From positions 75,642,001 to 75,706,000 of the forward strand of contig NW_024704742.1 in NCBI RefSeq assembly GCF_018977255.1: 64,000 bases of DNA, read 5' to 3'. Positions 1 to 11,185 of the stretch are shown here, in pieces. Below the pieces are notes generated by a model. The model ran no database searches and was not told the origin of the DNA. It saw only the letters and a program-made list of their open reading frames with translations. Made by a program: the position numbers and the translations under genes. Positions within the stretch are counted from its first letter, which is position 1. Every line of letters starts with the position of its first letter. This DNA is from Callorhinchus milii. Taxonomy: Eukaryota.

Positions 1-299
1 ATGATCAAACAGATTGCTGAGGGCTTATGAGAGGTAGTGTGATAACTATTGGAGGCAGAAATTGCTCATCCAGTAAGTCCCTCTGTTCACTGGCCAGTCT
101 ATGAAATAAAAAGTGTCTGTATTACCCAGGGTTAGCATTCGATAGCTAGTTAAACGGGATCAGTTAACCTGAACGTTTTGTTTATTAAAGACTAACCAGC
201 AATAACATTAGTTGTGACTTGATGTGACAGAGAACAGAATAGGAATGGTATTGAGGAGAGAGAAGGAATCTACCTCCAGCTGTTGATAGATACATTACA

Positions 300-500
300 A
301 ACAACTCCAAAAAAAAATAATAAATTGGTCACTTCAACCCACGACTGTTTGTGGGACATTGCTGTGCGCAATTTGGCTGCCGCATTTTGCTCACATATGT
401 ACAGTCAGTTCACTTTATAGTATATTCTGTGAAGAGCTTTGAGACGTCTAGAAGATGTGAAAAGCGCTATATCAAATTTAAGGATTATTATTTATTATTT
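300..500 (+). mobile_element. Headless copy of the tRNA-derived SINE
   Basis: Body GACTGTTTGTGGGACATTGCTGTGCGCAA... and tail GTGAAAAGCGCTATATCAAA...GGATTATTATT match the full copies. Confidence 0.8.
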
Positions 501-2139
501 AAACTGCACGTTAGACCCCTCTTCTAAGCTCACAAATGAAGAATGACCACTAAGATGAGCTACTGCAGACACTTATGGTACCGTACTTCATTCTGGAATC
601 AGTGCATTCAAAAACATCTAAATTAAAACAAGCGGAGAACCCCATTTTCTACCCAACTTGTCCACTCAATTACAGTTAAACAATTTTTGGAAACCTATCA
701 TGTCTTCAAAAAGATCCTGTCTTCTGGAATCTTTCTTTCTTCTTTCCTTTCTTCTGTATGTTTGTGCCTCAGTGAAGGTTATCAGAAGTCAACTGTGACA
801 ATATAGCAATGTATCTCCTCTTACTCAATTATTTTCAAGGAGTGGAGCCACGTTCATGTTTTAACGTGTTAAATCAATTCAATAGGAAGCATTAGGAACC
901 TAACCCATGGAATAAATGCTGAGTTGCATACTTCCCTTTATATTATTTTATATGTATTATATATATTAAACGTTTTGCCTCTGTATAAAACTCTGAGAAA
1001 TGTAAGTGATTGGATTTGTTATTAAGTGGACTTGTGAAGACTCATTACAGTTCCGTTAATGAAATCACAGATTCTGGATTCCATTATAGACTATTCGCTG
1101 GACAACTGATGGATGCATTGACTTAAGATATGGCTTGAATGAGCTGGGATTCTTTCAGTTTGATATTGCTCAATCTTCTGAATGTACCTTTAACAAGGAT
1201 GTCAGGCTCAATGTATATATGAAACAATTCATTTTAGTGCTTCTTATTTCAAATTAGAAATACAATTTACCGATGGTTTTCTATATGTGTCAGTCACGTA
1301 CTGCATGTAAAAGTTTGCAACCAAATGACTGTAAAGAAGCTGTTAAATTAACTTCCTCTCCAAATGTCTGTGCACTTGAAAAACAAAATCATTGTTGATT
1401 TAGGGAAGAGCTCCAGGGAAAAGGCTGAGAAAGGAAAGTCTTGTAAGCATTACTAACAGTCGGGGCATCCTATTGATCCTGAACACATCATAAGCCTTTG
1501 TTCACACAAGCATTCATGTATCAAATCATTTTTTTATCCTTTGTTTTACAACGTTTTCTGTTCCTGACAGTGTACCAGATAGTGAGTGACAAGTCAAAGA
1601 GGTGCCGGCAAAGCCATCCCACACATCCAGCAGCTTATTCTACTCACTTTAATAATAGGCTGGTAGTGGTGGAAATGTCAGCCTTTTTTCCTGTTCAGTC
1701 ACTGAAAAACCCTTTGTTTGGAAGCTTAGGTCTAATAACAAACTGAGATGGGGCTGTTTTTTTAGGACATTTTTGAAATGGTTTTCCACTTACTTTGTCC
1801 GTACAATTTTAAAAATAGAAAAATTATTGCAAATTAAACTAGTCTTGGTTGAGGTGCATACTGCAGAAAGATATAACCTTGTAGAATAAAATTGGTTGTA
1901 ATTTGAGGCATCACTGATACAATGAAGGTGAACAATAAGTTAAGTGAAATGAATTTGCCTTTAGCTTTATCAATACTGTAAATGCAACAAAATGTAAATT
2001 GCAATTAAACTCCCATTTACATGTGAAGATTTTGTTTTCCTGTCTTATTGAATGATATCACAGAAATTCTACATTGAGCTAGAATACAGGGGAAAGTTCA
2101 TGTATGGATGGGGATTCTTAAGTTTTCCTCCTACATGTT

Positions 2140-2301
2140 TAACTCTGGAACATTCTCCCTCAATCCCTCTGCCTTACCTCCTCTCTCCTCTTTTTCAAGT
2201 TCTTGACTGTGCTTAGGGCCACCTCCACCCCCACCCCTCCACCACCACACCTCCCGGCTCGGAGTCAGGTTCCACCACCGTTAAGCGCTCTGAGATGCTA
2301 C
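2140..2301 (+). mobile_element. Older L2 3' fragment, left part (continues at 3929-3973 after a nested insertion)
   Basis: CTCTGGAA...CCCTCAATCCCTCTGCC...AAGCGCTCTGAGATGCTAC matches other L2 3' ends in the window; the remainder TACCCTGCGTGGAGGGCACTAT...GCAAGTTGTTGTTG resumes at 3930. Confidence 0.75.
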
Positions 2302-3870
2302 AACAACAACAACAAGATTTTATTCATAGAGCGCCTTTCACGTCGGGAGGACGTCCCAAGGCACTGGACAGTTGGGTCGGGATCCGAGCAGAGGGGAAAT
2401 GGTTAGGGTGAGGGGAGGGAAGGGAGGGAGCGAGGAGGGGGTAGAGAGTCGAGAAGGGAGCTGAAGGCACATTTGAAGAGAAAGGTCTTGAGATCGGCCT
2501 TGAAGGAGGAAAGGGAGGAAGCAAAGCGAAGGCACTGGGGGATGGATTTCCAGAGCCTCGGGGCTGAGAGGCTGAAGGCCCGGCCACCAATGGTAGGGCG
2601 GTTAGGGCGGGGGATGTGGAGCAGACCGGAGCCAGAGGAACGGAGGGTACGGGCAGGTAAGTAGGGGGATAGTAGGTTGGAGAGGTAGGAGGGAGCAAGG
2701 CTGTCAGGACATCGGTGGTCGTGGAGTTGAGGGTAGAGGAGGAAAGGTAGAGTTGGGTGTCATCCGCATACATGTGGAAGTTAACCCCATGTCTGCGGAT
2801 GATGTCACCACAAGGGGAGCATATAGAGGGTGAAGAGGAGGGGACCGAGGACAGAGCCCTGAGGGACACCGCACGAGACAGTGCGGGGGCCTGAGGAAAA
2901 GCCGTTTGTGGAAACAAAATGAAGACGGTGGGAGAGGTACGACCTAAATCACTCAAGGACAGGGCCTTGAAGGTTGAGGTGGGAGGACAAGCGGTGGAGT
3001 AGGATAGCGTGGTCGACCGTATCGAATGCTGCCAATAGGTCGAGGAGGACGAGGAGGCAGAGGGAGCCCTGGTCACAGATGGTCAGGATATCATTGGTGA
3101 CCTTGACCAGGGCAGTTTCTGTGCTATGGGCAGCACAGAAACCCGACTGAAGGGGTTCGAATAATGAATGGGTGGAGAGGAAAGAGCGCAGTTGGGAGGC
3201 GACGACTCTTTCCAGGACCTTGGACAGGAAGGGGAGGTTGGAGATGGTCCGGTAGCTTGATAGCTGCGTCGCATCAAGGGAGGGTTTTTTCAAAGTGGGA
3301 GTGATGGTGGCAGTTTTTAGGGGAATAGGAACAGAGCCAGAGGAGAGGGACAGGTTGATGATGTCTGTGAGAAGTGGGGCAAGGAGGTGGAGCTGGGAGA
3401 TAAGGCGTGGAGTGGGGTCCAAGTTGTGAGGCAGGGGTCGGGGGAATGGGGATGAGGGAGGAGAGGTTGGCTCCCCGGGTCTGTGTCCGGGGTGGCTGGC
3501 GAGTGTGGTGGGGAATGGGGAAGTCGGTGTGGCTTCTGCTAGACTACCAATGCCGAGTGCCACGGTGAGCCCGGCGGAGGATTCCCAGGCTGGAACAGAG
3601 GGAGGTTGTGGGAGAGTCAAGTGGGGATAGAAGGCGAGAGGGACGGAGAGAGAGGAGGACAGAGCGGGAGAGATGCAGAGGGGGGAGGGTTTGGGGGGAG
3701 GGAGGAGGGGGGAGGGAGGGAGGGGGTGAGGGGGCTCTGGTCAGAGCGGCAGCATAATGCGCTCGCGGGGACCAGGAGCGAGCGGTCAGGTGGATGGTAT
3801 TAGCCCATAGGCTGGGGCTGGGGCAGCCAACCCAACAGGACCATGGTGGTCCCTGATGCGAGCCCTGGGG
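2302..3870 (-). mobile_element. Internally deleted L2-clade LINE (5' leader + RT core + 3' tail)
   Basis: RT motifs YRTISNLPFLSKVLE, QSGF...HSTETAL, LLDLLAAFDTVDH, FHMYADDTQLY; (TTG)n tail at 2302-2315; leader at 3560-3815 homologous to 37080-37345. Confidence 0.9.
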
Positions 3871-4813
3871 GGGGGCGCAGAGGTTTTTTTTTAGTGCCCT
3901 AAAAGTTTTTTAGATAGTGCCCTCCACGTTACCCTGCGTGGAGGGCACTATCTAACTGCAAGTTGTTGTTGTTATGGTTGAATACATGCCTGATTCTAGT
4001 TCCTGACAATAGTTTAGTAAATTACCGCAGTTAACAACAGGTCATTTCTTTTTGTTACTTTAAAATTAAATGATTTAATTTAATTTCCATTAACACTGTT
4101 TTCCAATTATATTTTTCTACAGTGCCATGCCAGGGGATTGAACAGAATCAGAAATTGCACATTTGAGTCAAAATAATACATGGGTAAATAGCTTAAACAG
4201 GATTCTTTACAGCATGTTATTAAAGAAGCTAAATGTGTCGATTGAAGTGGTTTAATCAACAAGATTGTGATTGCTAGTCTATTTACATATATTAACAGTT
4301 CACAGTTGAACCCTTCAAACTGCACTAAATCGAATCAGAGATTAGAATCATGGAAATTATAATTTAGAGAGAGAGAGATATGAAGGCAGATAAAGTGAGA
4401 GAGAACACAAGAGAAGGTTGGCGCAGTGAGGTACAATAATGACAGTATAACCCAGATAGAAAAAGGCTATTATAATAGCCAATTTGTATTTTGGGTTATG
4501 ACCCATTTGTATTGTTTCCATATCCACATTTCAACTAGTCTCAATGTTTGCGGATACATGTACATGAATCCTAATTCCCTGCTCTCTTCCCTCTTTATCT
4601 TTTATGATGTTCCACTTCAGATATTTATCCAATTTCCTGTTAGATGTTGTGATGGTCATTCCAACCTCCCCTTTCACTATTTCAGTGACAATCCTGAGTT
4701 TATACCCTCTTGTTACCATATCACCAACATCATGGGAATTGTTGAGTAGCTTTGAATTAGCAACTGATTTGGAATGTTTCTATATCTAGTATATACATGC
4801 AACACATAATTAT

Positions 4814-5128
4814 ATAATAATAATAATCCTTGCATTTGATATAGCGCTTTTCACGTCTTCTAGACGTCCCAAAGCGCTTCACAGAATATACTGTAAAGTG
4901 AATTGACTGTATATTTGTGGGCGAACGCAACAGCCAATTGCGCAGAGCAATGTCCCACAAACAGTTGTAGATTGAAAATGACCAATTTATTATTGGTTTT
5001 GGTTTTGGAGGGATTATTATTAGGCGTGTGGAGTAAGGAAACTTGCCCAAGGTTTCGCCCTGTCTGGAATTGAACTCAGGTCTCTCGCTTGCAAAGCGAG
5101 TGCTCTAACCACTGAGCTACAGGACTCC
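4814..5128 (-). mobile_element. Full-length young tRNA(Ala)-derived SINE with L2-type tail
   Basis: Head GGAGTCCTGTAGCTCAGTGGTTAGAGC (A box), arm CTCGC-TTTGCAA-GCGAG (TGC anticodon), GAGTTCAATTCC (B box); (TTA)n tail. Confidence 0.92.
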
Positions 5129-5414
5129 ACATGTACTTGAGAACGACAAGTTGACAATTTTTTTGTTATTTCTAGCCTCCAATTATGTCAGTGGAAATTT
5201 CAATCAATACTTAGTCATTTATGCAAGAATGCCAATGAATCCTGTCACCAGTGGCTACATAACTTTGTTGATGTATAGACAAATACTTGAATAGACCTTT
5301 CTTCACATTTGCATTGTAAAGATTTTTATGAAAAGATTAGCAATAATGCTCCTACCCTTGAAAGATCTGTTCTTCAATACAGATTCTGATACTTAACAGC
5401 TATTAGGGAACTCA

Positions 5415-6200
5415 TAAGAAGGTAAGAAATGCTAGACGAAAAAAAGACCATCCATCTAGTTTGCCTTCCATTTTCTTGGCGGTCACATGCACATACGTCC
5501 CAAACTATATGTTCCAAACTATGTACTATATCCCATAATGTTTTTTCCTAAAACTATCTTTTTTTTTGAAAGAATCAACACTTCCTGCTTTAACTGTCTC
5601 CCTGGAGAGCCTGTTCTACAGGTTCACTATTCGCTCACTGAAATAGTATTTGCATAGATTTGTTCTGAATTTATCCCTCTTCAATCACAGGCAGTGTCCT
5701 CTGGTTTTACTATTCTGGACAAGCTAAAATAGCCTGTCATAATCGATATTGGCTTGCCTCTTTAGCAACTTAAAGACAGCAATCATGTCGCCTATAAATC
5801 TTCTCTTTTCCTGCGTGAACATGCCCAATTTCCTTAATCACTCCTCACAATCCAGGCACTCCATCCCCTCAATCATTTTGGTTACTCTCCTCGATACCTT
5901 CTCAATTTCTCCAATATCATTTTTGTACTGCGGTGACCAGAACTGCACTCTAAGTATGTTCTCACCAATGATTTATATAGTGGCAGAATTACCCCACTAT
6001 TTTGGCTTGCTATTGATCTTTTGATACATCTGAACATCTGGTTTGTTTTATTCATTGCCTCAAAGCATTGTTGGGAGAGCTTCAATTTATTTTCAATCAG
6101 GATCCCCAGGTCCTTTTCATTATCCATACATATTATTTTGCTTCCATTCAAATAATAGTTCTAGGATTTTTTGTCCCCATGAGAAGTACTTTACGTTTCT
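5415..6200 (-). mobile_element. Degenerate CR1 LINE 3' fragment
   Basis: EKDLGILIENKL...ILPLYKSLVRTYLE resembles the CR1 ORF2 C-terminus. Confidence 0.8.
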
Positions 6201-6204
6201 CATT

Positions 6205-7125
6205 TCTCACCATGTCAGAACAGTGTGAGGCAGTATTAAACAAGGCAAACGGGATGCTTGTCTATATTACCAAATCAGTTGAGGTTCATATTCCCAGACA
6301 TCACATTCCAACTATACAGCTGTTGTCCACACTTGGAGTATTCCATGTAGTTCTGTTTACCACAACATAATGGGCTGCCTGGAGACAGTGGAGAGGAAGG
6401 CAATAAAGATGATCCTTTGTTCAACAGGGGTGTGTTATGAGGAGCGATTAGATAAGCTAAAGCTCTTCAGCCTCAAAAGGGGATATTTCAGAAGGAGTAT
6501 GTAAAATAAGAACATAAGAACATAAGAATTAGGAGCAGGAGTAGGCCATTCGGCCCTTCGTGCCTGCTCCGCCATTCAATAAGATCATGGCTGATCTTCT
6601 CACCTAACTCTGATTACCTGCCCTATCCCCATGTCCCCTAATCCCTCTATTTTTCAAGAATCTATCAGTCTCAGCCTTGAAAATGTCCAAGGACTGAGCA
6701 TTTACAGCCTTCTGGGGTAGTGAATTCCATAAGTTCACTACCCTCTGAGTGAAGAAATGTTTCCTCAACTCTGTTCTAAAAGGCTGACCCTTAATTTTGA
6801 GACTGTGAACCCTCCTACCAGGGGAAACAGTCCCTCTGTGTCTACTTTATCTAGCCCTTGTTAAATGTTAAATGGGAATGAAGAGTCCAATACTTTTAGA
6901 TATGACAAGATCGCAGCACAAGAGGAATCAGGTTCAGGGTTGCAATTGTACGACAGACACCAGGAAATATTCCTTTGCACGAAGGGCAACAAATGACTGG
7001 AATAGATTTCCAAGAGGCGTGATTGAGGCCAGAACCCTGGAGTCATTGAAGAAAAAGTAATATGAGGCCAAATGGTCTTCTTCACCTTCGAAAAGCCCTT
7101 GTTGCGAAAACCTCTCTTGTGAATT
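6205..7125 (+). mobile_element. Degenerate CR1 3' fragment interrupted at about 6505-6862 by a younger antisense CR1 end
   Basis: EQCEAVLNKANGML... left of the insert and RKYSFARRATNDWNRFP right of it. Confidence 0.7.
6505..6862 (-). mobile_element. CR1 3' end with (TTCTTATG)n tail
   Basis: Plus strand AAGAACATAAGAACATAAG...GGAGCAGGAGTAGGCCATTCGGCCC, followed by the antisense of the FFTQRVV-like region. Confidence 0.85.
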
Positions 7126-7519
7126 TGTGTTGAATAAAGTACCCAAAGAAAGTGAATTGATTTCAATCATGAGCTCATGCATCCTTTCAGGATCACAAAA
7201 TGCAAAAACCACTAAAACCTTACCAGCTTTACTCAGTATAAAAAGCACACTAAATTCCAGAGTGAAGACAACAAGGTAGGTTTAGCTGGGAGGACACTAA
7301 ATTAATATAATGTTACTGACACTGAGAAAATACGCAGCATTTGGAAACAAATGGCCTAAAGTGTGTAATGAAATAAAAAGGGTGACAGAGGTAAATGTTT
7401 AGGTGTGATCATAAATCATTCATGGAATATTTCCTGTCATCCTTCATCAAAATGAAATAAAGCATTAAAGAGGGTTCCAAGAGAAAAGAAACGAGATGTT
7501 CCAGCACTTGGAACTCTAA

Positions 7520-7826
7520 AATGTAGAAGGATTACAGTGTATATGAAGAGTCTGTAGGGTATGCGGAGAGATTCTAAGGTATAGAGAGACTCTGAGCATG
7601 TAACAAGACCCTAGCATATAATAGAGAGACTCCATGATACATAGAGATTTCAGGGGTATGTAGAGAGACTCCAAGATATGCTAAAAGACTCCAGGATATG
7701 TAGAGTATCTCTGAGGTATGGAGAGAGCTTCCAGAACATATAGAGAAACTTTAGGGTATGGAGAATGACCAGGATCAGCATATATACTCTAGAATATGTA
7801 GAGAACCTCCAGGGTATCTGGAGGGT
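7520..7826. repeat. Degenerate minisatellite, about 20-bp period (consensus near GTAGAGAGACTCCAGGGTAT)
   Basis: Roughly 15 diverged units, e.g. tagagagactccaagatatg, tagagtatctctgaggtatg, tagagaacctccagggtatc. Confidence 0.8.
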
Positions 7827-7939
7827 AGTTTGTTGACTGAATTATGCTTATACATAATTTGGAAGCTAAAACATTGGTGATCAGGTAACTCATCTGTGAT
7901 GAGTCTTTCGTCCAATTCATCAAATAGCCCTCTCCCATA

Positions 7940-8055
7940 AACCAGGGTAGAAATGCACAATAAGTGGGGAACCGAGCCATACAGTGTGGGAAGGTTTCAG
8001 CTTTGATCCTTACCCTGTGCCTAGTTACCTGATATCAGCTCGGAGTCAGCATTCC
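7940..8055 (+). mobile_element. Ancient SINE fragment, AmnSINE2-like
   Basis: GAGCCATACAG..GGAAGG...CTGTGCCTAGTTACCTGATATCAGC; overlaps in sequence with 22370-22505 (-) and 41425-41585 (+). Family name from memory. Confidence 0.5.
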
Positions 8056-9382
8056 TAGACTAGGGAGTGGTGATCACTACCCAGCCTGATTCAATTCCGT
8101 TCTCTATCACTGCAGCTGCCAAATATCCACAGCGCCAATTGTGCATTTTTTTGCAATCTCGTCTATCGCCAACATTTACAAATCCTCACAAATTAAATGT
8201 GATGCAGGAATTTCTCATCCTTTGGACAAATGTTCAGCTTCCGCCCCTGCCCATTTGAACAGATGGAAATGTCAATGAAGTAAACAATCACAATCATTCA
8301 TTCTCTACTCAATGGTTTTTTCACTCTAAGGCTGTAATGTGTGACTTAGACACGCTGGATTAATTTCTAAATACGCTCCAGTGGGTGATTCGGAGGCTGG
8401 CAGCAGGAGAATTTATAGGTTATGAACAATCAGAGCATGAAAATGTTAACTGCAGGGTAGAGAATAGCTGGCATTCTGTCCTGTACTTTATTACATTTGC
8501 TAAGAATCGCTATCACAGAGCTAATGTTTGGACACATTCTGTTTGGTAAGGTTTGGTACATGACTCACACATGAACAAGAACACCTTAACCATCCTCATG
8601 GGCTTGTACAGTTTTGCATACAAAGGAGCAAGTCACAACCTGCTCTAAGAGTTCAGCAGCAGTGCTCGGCACTGAACTACATTCCTGGGTCCTGTGCCAC
8701 TTCAATGATTTCAGTGTAAATGCTGTTTGATGCAAATGCCAGCCTTAAAGGAAGAGGAAAACAGCCTTTCTCAGTCTAGAATGACCATGATATACTGTCT
8801 CAATTACAACCGTGAGCATGTAGGTGCCTGAAATAGAGATTCCAACACTAAAACCTCTTGTTGAGAAATGAGATGAAGGGCCAAGGCCCATAATACAAGG
8901 CACCACAAAGGCTGGAAACAGTAATGGGGAAAACAAGCTGAGATATTTATACTGAGCGATATCTAACATCACTGAAATACTGTCTCCCTCTCTCATATTC
9001 TTGAAAAGTGATTGCTGCAAAGCTTAATCTACCAGTATATTCTTCTACATTTACTACCCTTTCTCTCAACAGCAAAATACAATTTACAAGGCTTCAGTTT
9101 ATATTTGCTGGGCATTGCATGTGTGTGGATGTGTTTCTGTGGGAAGGGGGGTCTCTTTTTAAATTCTGAAAGAAGCTGTTTTAAAGAATGCCGAATTGAG
9201 AAAACACCAGGAACTCTGCTTCCAGAAAATACCAACAGGAGATATACTGTATTGTTCTGACACAAACCAGCTCCTCAAAATATCTGAAGAGCAAACCTCT
9301 CAAATCCTATTTCTACACCTGGTGTTTTTTTGGTGAGAATGACTAGAAAGGATGTCAATTTGCTGCTAACAGGTACATCACG

Positions 9383-9782
9383 TTATGATGAACCTTTATA
9401 AAATACTGGTTAGGCCTCAGCTAGAGTACTGCATTCAGTTCTGGGCACCACACTTTAGAACGGATGTCAAAGCATGGGGGAAGGTGCAAAGGAGATTTAC
9501 CAGGATGGTACCAGGAATGAGGGACTTCAGTTATCAGGAGAGGCTCGAGAAGCTAGGATTATTCTCCTTGGAGCAGAGGTTTGCATTGCCTGAAAGTGTG
9601 GTGGAAGCCGATTCGATAACAACTTTTAAGAGAGAAGTAGATAATTATTTGAGGAGGACAAATATGCAGGGTTATGGAGAGAGAGCAGGGGAGTGGGATT
9701 GATTTGGATAGCTCTTTTCAAAGAGCTGGCACCAACACGATAGGCCAAATGGCCTCCTTCTGTGCTGTATAATTGTATGAGT
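9383..9782 (+). mobile_element. 5'-truncated CR1 3' end with an internal deletion
   Basis: LYKILVRPQLEYCIQFWAPHF...LFSLEQR joined directly to ALPESVVEAD; tail GGCCAAATGGCCTCCTTCTGTGCTGT. Confidence 0.9.
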
Positions 9783-10850
9783 CTAGTGCTACCAGTCATC
9801 ACACCATTCTCTTCCATTGGCTCAACCTGTGGAACCACAACTGGTAATGAAAAGCATGAGGATTCTGTTTCTCAGGGAACCTCTGTTACCTTTACTGAGC
9901 CTCTATCTTAGGTGGTTGGAACTGTTTCCTTTCCTCCATCTTCTCCTATGTCATCAAGTAGCAAACATTCTCCCCAGTAAACAGCGGCAACTTTCAACAG
10001 TGGCATTATAATTGGGCAGGCTTCAATTGATGCTACAGGGAAGCTACAGGTAAAATTCTCAGTGGGCTTTGGGGACGTTATGGCATACTTCACTGCATTC
10101 TTGTCAAAGGTCTGCCCAAAGGTCCATCTCAATTACAAGTTACAATGTGAAGATGGCCAAGAATGTAAACAGCCACAAGTGACCACCCTCTCCAATCATT
10201 GCTAATGTCTCAGTGCTTGGAGTTAACCACCTAAATATTTATTAATAATTCTACAAGTTTTATATGGCTATTAATTTTTTCTATTCATCTGACTCATGAC
10301 ATTTGCCGAAAAACGTTAGTCCGACATAAAATAAAATATTTTTGACTCCATGATGTGCGAGTAGTTTTTTTTTAAACTACTGTATTATGTACTATTGGGA
10401 GCTACTGTGCAGGAGATTGACAAGGCCTGTAGGTTTTCATGACGTGATACTTAGGATAAATGAGATGCAGATGTTAACATCATGTTAAGTTTATTTATGT
10501 TACATAAGATAGATATTTATTTCAAATGAATGACATATTATAATGCAAGGATTTTCTCTTGATGCTCTTTGTTTCTCACTGAGTCACAGGGCGTTGTTTC
10601 CTTGTCTGCCTCAGGCTGCACATTTTGTACTTCAACACCCAAAGAACCACAGCCACACATTACGAAAGTTCAAACAGTTAACTTAAAGATCTTCGGAAGA
10701 GGCTGGTAATCCAATTTTGGCTTTTTCGCGTTAACATTTAAGATTGCACAGAATTTTTCATAATTATTAAATTGAGTTTAAATTTGGAAACTGTTTCTTT
10801 TGAAGAACTGTGCAAAAGCGGCTTCCAAATTAAGCTGTAATTTAATAATT

Positions 10851-11185
10851 GGAGTCCCGTAGCGTAGTGGTTAGCATGCTTGTCTCACAAGTGAGAGGAC
10901 TCAGGTTCAATTCTTGCGGAGAGCAAAACTAAAGCAAGTTTCCTTATTCCACACACCTCTGTTTACCTAGCAGTAAATAGGAACTCAGTTGTTAGTCAAC
11001 TTTCCGGGGGTAAGAATCCCTCCAAAAATAAATAAATTTGGTCCTTCAATCCACCACTGTGTGTACAATTGGCTGCCATGTTTTCAATATACATTCAATT
11101 CACTTTATCCTGTGAAGCACTTTGAGACGTCTCAATTATGTGATAAGGCTCTATATCAAATACAAGAATTATTATAATAATAATT
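10851..11185 (+). mobile_element. Older, longer subfamily of the tRNA-derived SINE
   Basis: Same head and tail plus an extra central segment CCTCTGTTTACCTAGCAGTAAATAGGAAC...GTTGTTAGTCAA. Confidence 0.85.

Noticed and set aside
4757..5050. Recurrent MGKFPYST... ORF family (also 22090, 24736, 60532)
   Set aside because: Incidental translation of SINE copies from a TTG start; lengths vary among copies.
5055..5128. tRNA-Ala(TGC)-like sequence, also at 22010, 25283 and 60452
   Set aside because: These are SINE heads: each runs into the same SINE body with no clear acceptor stem or Pol III terminator.
7520..7826. Possible CRISPR-like array
   Set aside because: No invariant repeat with unique spacers, no cas genes, and a vertebrate context.
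7885..7930. Minus-strand TTGATGA...GGACGAAA resembling a hammerhead core
   Set aside because: First box is mismatched and the intervening ATTGGAC cannot form stem II.
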